DNA of 64,000 bases from a virus (IMGVR_UViG_3300005512_000010:26749-90748), one strand, 5' to 3'. Shown: positions 19,469-28,264, counted from the first letter of the stretch. Program-made: numbers and translations. The notes: generated from the sequence alone by a model not told the origin.

Positions 19469-20170
19469 ATGATATCAGTAGAGATTTTTGCTCAATACTG
19501 GGACAAAGCCCCTAATGTAGTCCGAGATGCCATAAGAGCCAATTCCACCCTACCTGGCTCCCGTATTCACCTATTCACTGAAGGTGACTGCGACTTGTCA
19601 TGGCTAAAAGACACTGAGGTGGCCACTACCCCTGTTTCCTCCCGCATCACTTATTCAAATTTTCTTAATATTTTAGGAAACTCACAGTCCGACTACGCCA
19701 TTCTTCTGAACTCAGACATAGTAGTTCATCCTGGCACATTGGAGAAAATTCCAAACTTCTCAACTCAAACTGCACTATCAGTAAGCCGTAGAGAAGTGGA
19801 TGGATCTTTACCGTCATCGACCGAAGGAACGAACCCTAGCAACTGCCAAGACGTGTGGGTGTTCAGGCCACACACCCCCACGACCGACCTGATCCGGACA
19901 TGCAACCACATCAAGCTGGGGCGTCCAGGTTGCGAGAACCGCTTCGCGGCAGAACTGGCAGTTGACGGATACGCTGTCTACAATCCCTGCACCAACCTGG
20001 TTTTTACGCACATGGGGGGCGGAGCAGTCGAATCCTACCCCGATCCGGCTGACCCCAACAGGTATAACGGCCTATACGCATACCTTTCACCTTGCTCGAC
20101 CTTCGATATAGACAATATCGACTACCGTCAATTCCTGCAGTACTACCCTAAAGTCCGAGGCATATGGTAA
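19469..20170 (+). CDS. Glycosyltransferase-like protein
   Basis: ILLNSDI, SQ/CQDVWVF and LGRPGCENRFA motifs; adjacent to the GT-A gene. Confidence 0.55.
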   Translation: MISVEIFAQYWDKAPNVVRDAIRANSTLPGSRIHLFTEGDCDLSWLKDTEVATTPVSSRITYSNFLNILGNSQSDYAILLNSDIVVHPGTLEKIPNFSTQTALSVSRREVDGSLPSSTEGTNPSNCQDVWVFRPHTPTTDLIRTCNHIKLGRPGCENRFAAELAVDGYAVYNPCTNLVFTHMGGGAVESYPDPADPNRYNGLYAYLSPCSTFDIDNIDYRQFLQYYPKVRGIW

Positions 20171-20601
20171 TCGTCCAACTAGGTGGAAACCCAAACCGCT
20201 CCTTCAAGACCTTAGAACTTCTTAAACAGGGCGGAGTCGATACCGTAATCCTTAGCGGTGTTGAGAACCTTGACGAAACCCTAACTCTGTTGGAGCCCTA
20301 CTTAGACGAGGTAAATTTACTCATCGACAAGGAGTCAGTCGATACTTTCCGGAACTTTGTCAATACGAGACGGTATGTCCACGGGACAACCCTCCTTGTG
20401 ACGGACTCCTACCACGTTTTTCGGTGTCTAGGTCTAGCCCGAATAATCTGGTCTAAACGCTGCAGGGTTGTCCCTTGCCCAGAAGGGATACTCGGAGGGT
20501 CGAGTTTAGGTGAAAGCTTTTTATACTGTTTCGCGGATTGGACACGGGCCTTGATATGGCAGTTAACAAAAATCGAGCTAGGCCGCCGTCTTGGTGGTTA
20601 A
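20164..20601 (+). CDS. DUF218 (YdcF/SanA/ElyC-like) protein
   Basis: IVQLGG, ESVDTFRNF and LLVTDSYHVFR motifs. Confidence 0.7.
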   Translation: MVIVQLGGNPNRSFKTLELLKQGGVDTVILSGVENLDETLTLLEPYLDEVNLLIDKESVDTFRNFVNTRRYVHGTTLLVTDSYHVFRCLGLARIIWSKRCRVVPCPEGILGGSSLGESFLYCFADWTRALIWQLTKIELGRRLGG

Positions 20602-20840
20602 AACTTTTATCACTTGTACCGCAGGTAGAAGTACCTTGGATCCGACCATCTTCATGGACCCCAGAGACCGCCCGAGCTTGGGTCGAGCGTATCCCGGCCA
20701 AGTGCCCGTTCGAACGGGCTGTGTGGTGGGGCGACCGCCTCATCCTATACATCCCCCCTCTCTGCCCCCTTAACCCGCTGAGTACCCAGCTATATCGGAT
20801 CAGGCTTCAGGCCCAGGAGTACCTGGCAAATCTTAAATAA
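20556..20840 (+). CDS. Mo-dependent nitrogenase C-terminal domain-like protein
   Basis: IPAKCPFER....LYIPPLCPLNPL..QLYRIRLQA matches the cyanobacterial Mo-nitro_C family pattern. Confidence 0.75.
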   Translation: MAVNKNRARPPSWWLKLLSLVPQVEVPWIRPSSWTPETARAWVERIPAKCPFERAVWWGDRLILYIPPLCPLNPLSTQLYRIRLQAQEYLANLK

Positions 20841-20917
20841 TCCTGAACCTCCAAATCCTGTGGTATAGTATTTCCAGAGGAGCATCTGGCTCCTCCATAT
20901 CTCAGTGAGAACAACCC

Positions 20918-21853
20918 ATGGCAGCAGCCACTTTCACAGTCAACACCATCCAAGTGGGCACGGGATCACCTGATCTCGCCCCTCTTGCCGGTCGCGAGTA
21001 CAGCAGTCAGTACACTGCTCTCCCGAATGCAAATATGCCTAAGGCAATGCGTCGGGATCTCGACAAGGTCTTTTCTGCCCTCACAGGCGAAGAACTCCCC
21101 CTTGAAGAGAACACTTTCCTCATCAAAGCAGAGGACGGTGTCTACACCCGTCTTTTCGGCCCCGTACTCAAGGCAGGAAACGACGGAGTAGAGGATACAG
21201 AGACAGGTAGCGCCTACATCCAGTGGGGTAACCGTTTCATCCCAATCTCCCTCACCAAAGACGGAGTCGTCACTTACTCTAGTACTCTAGAAGCCGAGTT
21301 TTCTGAATTCGACTTCAGCGGACGCGGTAGCGACATTTCCTTCATGGTTTCTGTCGATGAAGAAGATGGCAATGGGCAGGTCGTCCTTCCCGTATCCGTG
21401 CGCTTCATTGACTGGGAGAACCCGCCCGAGATCAAAGCGCTTAATGCGTTGATGAAAAAGGGCAAAGAGGCTGATATTCTCAGCTTGATCCAACAAGTCG
21501 CACCTCGTGGTCAAGTACGTCAACGTGCTGACCATGAGATAGATTTTCGTGATCTCGAGGAAAATGTCAACTACGAGGTTATCAGCTATCGCGGTGTTAA
21601 CACGCAGTATGGCCAGTCTTTCCGAATCCTGATCAAGGACTACCTTGAAGAGGGTAAAACGGCGGAGTGCTGGGCACACGCATCACTGCGTCCTCTACTC
21701 TCGACTCAGCCCGAGATTTCTGAGGAAAAGCCGGCTACTGTAACTATTAAGGATAAGACTATCCTCGATAGTGGTAAGACCCGGATCCGGTGCTCGATGA
21801 TCCTAAGTGCTCAGGAAGAGGTGGCTGACGACAGCCTCGATCTCAACTTCTGA
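20918..21853 (+). CDS. Putative ssDNA-binding/replication protein
   Basis: Acidic-aromatic C-terminal tail (EEVADDSLDLNF), upstream extended -10 TGGTATAGT and downstream terminator. Function is inferred. Confidence 0.4.
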   Translation: MAAATFTVNTIQVGTGSPDLAPLAGREYSSQYTALPNANMPKAMRRDLDKVFSALTGEELPLEENTFLIKAEDGVYTRLFGPVLKAGNDGVEDTETGSAYIQWGNRFIPISLTKDGVVTYSSTLEAEFSEFDFSGRGSDISFMVSVDEEDGNGQVVLPVSVRFIDWENPPEIKALNALMKKGKEADILSLIQQVAPRGQVRQRADHEIDFRDLEENVNYEVISYRGVNTQYGQSFRILIKDYLEEGKTAECWAHASLRPLLSTQPEISEEKPATVTIKDKTILDSGKTRIRCSMILSAQEEVADDSLDLNF

Positions 21854-21865
21854 TCGCTGGGGGGG

Positions 21866-21893
21866 GGAGGTAGCGATACCTTCCCTCCTTCTT
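21866..21893 (+). terminator. Intrinsic terminator-like hairpin
   Basis: GGAGGTA-GCGA-TACCTTCC hairpin with a pyrimidine tail after the stop at 21853. Confidence 0.55.
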
Positions 21894-21933
21894 CTCGTTG
21901 AAAGCTTAGTAGATAAGATAACTTTTCCAGAAC

Positions 21934-22485
21934 ATGTCTGATAGCCAAATCTCGCCTCCCTATGGGTGGAAATCTTTAGACTCAGAGAAAGTCAGTTACG
22001 AATTCGGAGAAGCCAGATTCGGTACTGCCCCGAACGATATTCCGGCTAACGAGACCGGTACCAACGGTAAAAGCCAAGAGGACGAATATCACAGTCTCGA
22101 TGTAAGTCCTGACTCAGCCGGTGTAGCCAAGACCGGGGGCGGAGAAAAATCGAGCTACGGTAACACAGATGACTACCGGCCAGAAGCCGGTTCCAGAGAA
22201 CCTGGAGACACCGGTACTCTCGACTTACCCCGAAACCACGTTATCGTCGAGGATGGCATGGCTTCAGGCCGAAATTACTATCTCGTTCAGGATATCAAGA
22301 CGGAAAAGTTCTACACCGTCGTACCTAACTATAAAGAGGGCAAGCAGTATAAATCTCCAATGAAATCGGATCGGACCTCTGCCCTCGGCGATGTATATCG
22401 CGTCCTCTCTGCCTCTCTGCCCGACTCTGCCCTCGCTCAGCTCAGGGAGAGGTTCCCCGAAACCCCGGCACTCCCCAATGTTTGA
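21934..22485 (+). CDS. Hypothetical protein (N-terminal PPYGW motif)
   Basis: 183-aa ORF behind GTTGAAAGC at 21897. Confidence 0.6.
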   Translation: MSDSQISPPYGWKSLDSEKVSYEFGEARFGTAPNDIPANETGTNGKSQEDEYHSLDVSPDSAGVAKTGGGEKSSYGNTDDYRPEAGSREPGDTGTLDLPRNHVIVEDGMASGRNYYLVQDIKTEKFYTVVPNYKEGKQYKSPMKSDRTSALGDVYRVLSASLPDSALAQLRERFPETPALPNV

Positions 22486-22666
22486 AACTAAGCACGATCA
22501 TATCGCCACGTATCGAGGCGTCAAGTACGATACGAATGAGCAGAAAGAAATCTATGTATCTTGGTGGAACAAGATCCACTGCGATGCGAGACGCTGGTTC
22601 AAGTACCGTGGCCACGCTTACCGGGCTTACGACCAGTGCGGAGTTAAAGACTCCGTGCTATACTAA
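22478..22666 (+). CDS. DUF4278-like small protein
   Basis: TYRGVKY and FKYRGHAY repeats typical of the cyanobacterial/cyanophage family. Confidence 0.55.
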   Translation: MFETKHDHIATYRGVKYDTNEQKEIYVSWWNKIHCDARRWFKYRGHAYRAYDQCGVKDSVLY

Positions 22667-22710
22667 TACAGATTTCGTACAGAGTTATGTCTATCCTCTC
22701 TCACACCCCG

Positions 22711-23691
22711 ATGCTGTACAAAGCTAAATCGGGCTATGAGTATCCAGAGTTTTTCGAATACTATCAGAGCGCAGTAGCATCTGTCTGGAGACCGGAAGAA
22801 GTGGCAATGGCTTCCGATGTAAACGACTGGCACCATAATCTTTCTCAGAGCGAGAGAGATCTGATCGCCGGAGTTTTGCGTGGGTTCACGGTAACAGAAA
22901 TGGCCATCTCAGAGTATTGGGGAGATACGGTCTGCAAGTTGTTTAAGAAGCCAGAAATCTTGAGTATGGCCAGGGCCTTCAGTTTCTTCGAACAGATCCA
23001 TGCTCAGGCGTATAATCATCTCTCTGACACTCTGGGCATCAATGAATTCGAAGCGTTTCTGTCAGACCCCACTGCGCAGAAAAAAGTCGAGCGATTCTTC
23101 ACATCTTGTAATTCGGAGAAAGTTTCTCTGGCAGTATTTTCTGGTGCGGGCGAAAGGGTATCCTTGTTCGCGTCTTTTGCAATTCTCCTGGCGTTTAATA
23201 AGACAGGCAGGATGAAAGGTTTAGCCCAAATTATATCATGGAGTGTGAGGGACGAGATCCAACACGGTAACGGTGGCAGTGCTCTGTTCAGAGAACTTGT
23301 AAAAGAAACAGGAATTTCCGAAGAAGATATCTCTGAAATTAAATCAGGGTTTGATTCCATTATTGAGAATGAGTATAGCTTTCTGGGGAACATATTCAAC
23401 GCCATAGATAACGCTTCTATTCCGATTTCTCTGTCAGATCTTAAAGCTTATATTAAACTATGCGCTAATAAGAGTCTGAAAGACCTTGGACTACCCCAAC
23501 TCTGCTACCCCATGACTTCTGAGGAGATCTCTGCATCAACATCTATTTCTTCCTGGTTCGATCCTATGGTCAAAGGACAGACCAATACAGACTTCTTCGC
23601 CATGAGCAAGGATGGAGGGGGCTATGTCGCCAAACCTTCCCAGGATTTCATGTCCGTCGACCTTAGCGCATTGGATCTAGAACTCGTGTAG
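22711..23691 (+). CDS. nrdB: Ribonucleotide reductase class I beta subunit
   Basis: WRPEEV..ASD, FTVTE, KPEI, EQIHAQAY, E..SLFASF and SVRDEIQH metal/radical motifs. Alternative ATG at 22687. Confidence 0.92.
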   Translation: MLYKAKSGYEYPEFFEYYQSAVASVWRPEEVAMASDVNDWHHNLSQSERDLIAGVLRGFTVTEMAISEYWGDTVCKLFKKPEILSMARAFSFFEQIHAQAYNHLSDTLGINEFEAFLSDPTAQKKVERFFTSCNSEKVSLAVFSGAGERVSLFASFAILLAFNKTGRMKGLAQIISWSVRDEIQHGNGGSALFRELVKETGISEEDISEIKSGFDSIIENEYSFLGNIFNAIDNASIPISLSDLKAYIKLCANKSLKDLGLPQLCYPMTSEEISASTSISSWFDPMVKGQTNTDFFAMSKDGGGYVAKPSQDFMSVDLSALDLELV

Positions 23692-23693
23692 AC

Positions 23694-23855
23694 ATGCCAT
23701 ATCCCTTTCCCAAGCCCTATCGCCAAGAGCCAGATGGCCCTTGGGTGGTGCTGGGAGAAAGGGGAGTTCGGACTTTCACCGACCCTGAGGTAGCCTGGTC
23801 CACTTACTACTTTGCTAAATTGAACTATGAAAAAGCAAACCGACAAAAATACTGA
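23694..23855 (+). CDS. Small hypothetical protein (53 aa)
   Basis: Hand-translated MPYPFPKPYRQEPDGPWVV...; fills the gap right after nrdB; not in the ORF track. Confidence 0.45.
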   Translation: MPYPFPKPYRQEPDGPWVVLGERGVRTFTDPEVAWSTYYFAKLNYEKANRQKY

Positions 23856-23982
23856 GTATATGGAAACAGCTCACGGTACTACATGCCTAGCAAGCGAAGC
23901 GGGCAGGGCGGATAGGCTATTGGAAATTCATCGGTCTAGGGTAGAAAGAGCTAAGAGATTAATAGATTCTATAGAAATCTAG
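23827..23982 (+). CDS. Small hypothetical protein (51 aa)
   Basis: Hand-translated MKKQTDKNTEY...; tiles between the previous ORF and the HNH gene. Confidence 0.4.
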   Translation: MKKQTDKNTEYMETAHGTTCLASEAGRADRLLEIHRSRVERAKRLIDSIEI

Positions 23983-23986
23983 AGCA

Positions 23987-24469
23987 ATGGAAATTAACAT
24001 TAACGTCCCGGAAGGTTGGCAGGTAGACGATAGCGAGGAGATCGAGTCGTTTGAGGAAATACCCTCTCTCGACCCCGAAGACGCTAAGCTCGAGCAGTGG
24101 AAACAGTGGAAAGACTCGCCATATCAGATAAGCGATATGGGCAGGGTCCGCCGCGTCCAGAAAGATGGCGGAGTGAAGTATCGAAAACCCCGATCCGACG
24201 ATAGGGGGAAGTACCGTGTCAACTTGACATGGGAGCGGAGTGGAGTACCATACCGAGAAGAACCTTTCCTCCACCAAGCTGTAATGTCCCTCTTCGGTCC
24301 TGAGAAACCGGCTGGCGAACACATCGTAGTTTGTCACAAAAAGCCGACAGGGCCAGATGGAAAGCCCGACAACCGCCTCGCTAACCTATACTGGTGTGAC
24401 AGAAGCAGGAATGTGGAAGACTCATGGGACGACGGGCTAATGGAGACGGGAGCGAGGTGGAAGAGTTGA
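23987..24469 (+). CDS. NUMOD4-HNH homing endonuclease-like protein
   Basis: YQISDMGRVR (NUMOD4), LHQAV, VCH..DNRLANLYWC..N (HNH); free-standing between nrdB and nrdA. Confidence 0.8.
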   Translation: MEININVPEGWQVDDSEEIESFEEIPSLDPEDAKLEQWKQWKDSPYQISDMGRVRRVQKDGGVKYRKPRSDDRGKYRVNLTWERSGVPYREEPFLHQAVMSLFGPEKPAGEHIVVCHKKPTGPDGKPDNRLANLYWCDRSRNVEDSWDDGLMETGARWKS

Positions 24470-24572
24470 AAGCTTAGTGGGTATCTAACTTAACACACAC
24501 ATCAGCAGATTACAGACGGTCTGCATAGGTGGATTTTTACGTCTGAAATTATTTACCTTCAAATTTTTTCCA

Positions 24573-26525
24573 GTGACTAGAGATTATTTCGATATCGATA
24601 AGCTACCTATCTGTCCAGATTGGTTGAGTCAAGAAGCTCAGCAGACACTGTCTAAGGGTTACCTGCTCCCCGGTGAAACTCCCCGAGATATGTGGAAGCG
24701 TTGTGCTTTGACGGCGGAAAAGTATCTCAAAAAGCCTGGCATAGGCGAAGACATTATGGAGATGTTTTGGCTCGGGTACATGGGCGGAGCGACACCGGTA
24801 TTAAGTAACTTTGGGACGAGTAGAGGGCTACCAGTAAGTTGCTTCGGCCACACTATCTCCGATAGTACCTCGAGTATCTACAGCCACCTCAAGGAGGTCG
24901 CTTCTTTGAGTAAGTATGGAGGAGGTGTTGGTAGCTATTTCGGTGAACTTAGACCAGGGGGGTCCCCGATTAGCGGAGGGGGCAAATCCGGGTCCATCGT
25001 CGATTGGATGCGTCTCTACGATCGAACTGCGGCTACCGTATCGCAGGGTAATACAAGGCGCGGCTCATTCGCCCTTTATCTCCCCATCGATCACCCCGAT
25101 TTGATGGATGCTTTGCGGAGTAAAGATCATAGCCAAGGGGACCCTAGAAACTTTATCGACTCGAATCTGGCCGTTACCATTCGAGATGAGTGGATCGAGG
25201 AGATGTTGGCTGGCGATAAGAAAAAACAGGAGATCTTCGCGGAAGTATTAAAAGCCAGACTGATCTCAGGATCACCTTACCTTACCTTCATAGACAATGC
25301 CAACAATCATAGGCCTAAGTGCTTTGTTGACAGGGCTCTTGAGATTATTCAAAGTCAACTTTGCAGCGAAATCTTTTTACCCTCTGATGAAAATCACACC
25401 TTTAGCTGCCTTTTAAGTTCAGCAAATTTAGCTAAATACGACGAGTGGAAGAACTGGAGAGGTCAGAACACAGGCAAGACTGTACCGGAACTGGGTATTT
25501 ACCTCCTCGATGCGGTAGCTGAGGAGTTTATCCACAAAGCTTCCAGGCTACCATCCATGGGACGTGCTGTCCGGTTCACTAAAAAGGCTAGGGCCCTGGG
25601 CATGGGAACCATGGGACTCCATGCCCTCTACCAATCTCGCGGTCTACCCTTCGCATCTAAGGAGGCTCGAGAACTTAATATCGAGGTACACAAGTACATC
25701 GATGAGATGTCGCTCAAGGCATCGCAGGAGATGGCAGCGGAGTACGGTGAACCGGAATGGTGCGAAGGACATGGCATACGCCATGCAACCCGTCTAGCTA
25801 TCGCTCCGACCAAGACGAACTCAGTAGTCTGCGGAGCAGTCTCTGAGGGGATCGAACCCCTAATCGCTAATCTTTTCGTCGCTGGAAATGCCAAGGGAAC
25901 TTTTGTCCGCAAAAATCCGTACCTTGAAGATCATCTTGAGCAGATTGGGGAGAACACTCAAGAGGTTTGGGACAGAATCTTGGAGGAGAGAGGCAGCGTT
26001 CAGCACTTGGACTTCCTGAGTCCTAGAGTAAAGGAGATCTTTAAGACGGCTCGAGAGATCGACCAGTTTGAGATTATTAAGCAGGCTTCGGATAGACAAA
26101 AGTATATCTGTCAGGGACAGTCCGTAAATCTCTTCGTCGAACCAGAAGCCGATGCAAAGTATCTCATGAAACTACACCTCTCGGCTTGGAAGATGGGCCT
26201 CAAGTCCCTCTATTACCTCAAATCTACCTCGTTGCAGGTCAAGAACAAGGGGAGTAGAGTTGTTCCTCAGAAACAAGTTGCCAAGGTAGTAACCAAATCG
26301 GATTGCCCCTGGTGCACAAAGGTTAAGGAATTATTAAGATCTCGGGGGTATGAAATCACAGAGGTGGACAGATCAGAGGTTTCCGATTCTGACTGGTCTT
26401 GGGATACCGTCCCCCAGGTCTGGATCAATGGCACTCATGTAGAAGGGGGCTACGAAGGAGTCTCTAAGATGCTAGGGAACTCTGAGAGTGAAGAGTATTC
26501 CGAATGTCTAGCTTGCCAAGGGTAG
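24573..26525 (+). CDS. nrdA: Ribonucleotide reductase class I alpha subunit with C-terminal glutaredoxin domain
   Basis: TPVLSN, LPVSCF, LCSEI, LGMG, AIAPT, SLYY and terminal CLACQG, plus an inserted CPWC..TVPQVWING glutaredoxin. Confidence 0.93.
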   Translation: MTRDYFDIDKLPICPDWLSQEAQQTLSKGYLLPGETPRDMWKRCALTAEKYLKKPGIGEDIMEMFWLGYMGGATPVLSNFGTSRGLPVSCFGHTISDSTSSIYSHLKEVASLSKYGGGVGSYFGELRPGGSPISGGGKSGSIVDWMRLYDRTAATVSQGNTRRGSFALYLPIDHPDLMDALRSKDHSQGDPRNFIDSNLAVTIRDEWIEEMLAGDKKKQEIFAEVLKARLISGSPYLTFIDNANNHRPKCFVDRALEIIQSQLCSEIFLPSDENHTFSCLLSSANLAKYDEWKNWRGQNTGKTVPELGIYLLDAVAEEFIHKASRLPSMGRAVRFTKKARALGMGTMGLHALYQSRGLPFASKEARELNIEVHKYIDEMSLKASQEMAAEYGEPEWCEGHGIRHATRLAIAPTKTNSVVCGAVSEGIEPLIANLFVAGNAKGTFVRKNPYLEDHLEQIGENTQEVWDRILEERGSVQHLDFLSPRVKEIFKTAREIDQFEIIKQASDRQKYICQGQSVNLFVEPEADAKYLMKLHLSAWKMGLKSLYYLKSTSLQVKNKGSRVVPQKQVAKVVTKSDCPWCTKVKELLRSRGYEITEVDRSEVSDSDWSWDTVPQVWINGTHVEGGYEGVSKMLGNSESEEYSECLACQG

Positions 26526-26528
26526 ACC

Positions 26529-26541
26529 CTGTAGTATAATT
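26529..26541 (+). promoter_or_regulatory. Extended -10 host-type promoter (TGTAGTATAAT)
   Basis: Lies upstream of dUTPase. Similar TG..TA..AT boxes precede 20918, 28956 and 46554. Confidence 0.5.
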
Positions 26542-26561
26542 ATCCCACTGACATCAATCTC

Positions 26562-27182
26562 GTGAACATTACCTTCTACACCCTTCCCGGAAACGAAAAA
26601 TTCGCACCCCGGGTCTCTCACCCCGGCGAAGACGCTGGGGCAGATATTCGTGCCTATGCAAAAGACACCTACAATCGTGGCGATGCCATAGAATTTTTCA
26701 GAGACTTCGAATCCTGCGCACTTAAGTACGGTGCAAGACTCTATATAGACGGGGAAGTATTCACTTCGGAATCGGAAAGTGATTTTCTAGACCTTGTTGA
26801 CGGTCTAGGCGGCGCTGTTTTCCTCCTCCCCGGAGACACTATTAAGGTCAGTGCTGGATTTAAAATCCACATGGACAAAGGGGATATGAATAATCTACTA
26901 CCCGTGTATAAAATCGTACCTCGGAGCGGTTTAGCCTGCAATCATGGGGTAATAGTTACTAATTCCCCCGGCATCATTGATTCGGGGTATCAAGACTGGA
27001 TTAAAGTGTCTCTTACCAACAATGGAGATAATCACCATGTGTTTACTCACGGGTCACGAATCGCCCAAGGTCTATGCGAACTGGTATACGATCAGTCCCT
27101 ATTCCCCGTTGTAACCGATTCCTCCATCTTCTCCCCTACATCACGCGGTCAGGGTGGATTTGGATCGACTAACCATGGCTAA
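26562..27182 (+). CDS. dut: dUTPase
   Basis: All five motifs: AGADI, PRSGL, GIIDSGY, RIAQ, RGQGGFGST. Confidence 0.93.
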   Translation: MNITFYTLPGNEKFAPRVSHPGEDAGADIRAYAKDTYNRGDAIEFFRDFESCALKYGARLYIDGEVFTSESESDFLDLVDGLGGAVFLLPGDTIKVSAGFKIHMDKGDMNNLLPVYKIVPRSGLACNHGVIVTNSPGIIDSGYQDWIKVSLTNNGDNHHVFTHGSRIAQGLCELVYDQSLFPVVTDSSIFSPTSRGQGGFGSTNHG

Positions 27183-27330
27183 GGTACTAACGTGCAAACT
27201 ATCAGATAAAGTATTTCGCCCTTGCCTCTATTGTGATGGTCGGGGCTTTTTTATACAAGATCTGTTCCACATGGTAGTGGAATGTAAATTCTGCGGAGGT
27301 ACAGGGGAACGTGTTAATAAGTCCTGCTGA
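27175..27330 (+). CDS. DnaJ-type zinc-finger microprotein (51 aa)
   Basis: Hand-translated ...CLYCDGRG...CKFCGGTG..., two CxxCxGxG motifs; not in the ORF track. Confidence 0.65.
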   Translation: MAKVLTCKLSDKVFRPCLYCDGRGFFIQDLFHMVVECKFCGGTGERVNKSC

Positions 27331-27781
27331 GAAGATTTTGGTTCTCAATTTCGATTTTACCCCGTTAAATATAGTTCTTGGCAGAAGGGCTATTGTATTG
27401 TTGCTCAAAGAGAAAGCACAGAGGGTTTCGAGCAGAGTAATCCGCCTCATGAAGTATATTTACACCCCTATCAGCAGAGCGGCTAAGGAAAAACCTACAA
27501 AAGCTGCGATATACCGCAGAGATCAAAATACCTGTCAGTATTGCGGGAGCACTAAGGGGTTGACTATCGACCATGTCATCCCAAAGTCACGAGGTGGTAA
27601 AGATACTTGGGAAAACCTGGTCGTAGCGTGTTCAGTCTGTAACACGTTTAAAGGTGATAGGCTCCTGGAGCATACTGGCTTGAAGTTGACTAAGAAACCT
27701 CGCCCCCCTCTAGTCAGAGTAATCGAGATCGTCCAAAAGAGCACGGACCCAGAGTGGAGTAAGTACTCCTACGTATTTTAG
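27311..27781 (+). CDS. HNH endonuclease (McrA-like)
   Basis: LVLNFDFTPL, RDQNTCQYCG, LTIDHVIPKSRGG..WENLV.AC..CN. Confidence 0.9.
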   Translation: MLISPAEKILVLNFDFTPLNIVLGRRAIVLLLKEKAQRVSSRVIRLMKYIYTPISRAAKEKPTKAAIYRRDQNTCQYCGSTKGLTIDHVIPKSRGGKDTWENLVVACSVCNTFKGDRLLEHTGLKLTKKPRPPLVRVIEIVQKSTDPEWSKYSYVF

Positions 27782-27813
27782 TTGAAAGCTAAGTAGGAGA
27801 TTACATAAACACC

Positions 27814-28263
27814 ATGGTAAATTTCACTTTCAGCATGCTAGACCGAGTTGGTCTTTTAAATAAACTATATACCAGAGTTTCATATCTGGTTAATAAACAC
27901 CTGCTAAACCGCAGTAACTTTGATGCGGGCGTATTATCCAAGATCTTCGACGCAGTCGATGGATTCTGGGTCATCCATAAAGAGTCTGACTGGTATAGTC
28001 AGTCCGAGCTACGTGTTATCATCGGATCTATCGCCGAATCAGTGAGAGATAATCGTCTAAGTCCGAGTGAAGTCCGGACAATAGTAGATCATGTCACCTC
28101 TGAGTGGAGACCTGAGATCGCTAAGAGAAAAGAGGGCAGAGAACTGATTTCTCCAGAAGTCGAAAAAACTGCAGCGAAGGCGGTTGAAATTTACCGAAAG
28201 GTGAGTAGAGTGGATAAAGTCGACCCATTCAGCTTTGCTTCCGTCATCAACCTATTGAAGTGA
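27814..28263 (+). CDS. Hypothetical protein
   Basis: 149-aa ORF behind GTTGAAAGC at 27781. Confidence 0.6.
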   Translation: MVNFTFSMLDRVGLLNKLYTRVSYLVNKHLLNRSNFDAGVLSKIFDAVDGFWVIHKESDWYSQSELRVIIGSIAESVRDNRLSPSEVRTIVDHVTSEWRPEIAKRKEGRELISPEVEKTAAKAVEIYRKVSRVDKVDPFSFASVINLLK

Positions 28264-28264
28264 C

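Noticed and set aside
23692-24572. Group I intron or split nrd gene
   Set aside because: nrdB and nrdA are each complete with all motifs; the HNH gene is free-standing and no intron core was recognised.
27240-27260. Programmed frameshift at a T-run after dut
   Set aside because: A codon-by-codon recount shows a single in-frame 51-aa ORF, so no shift is needed.
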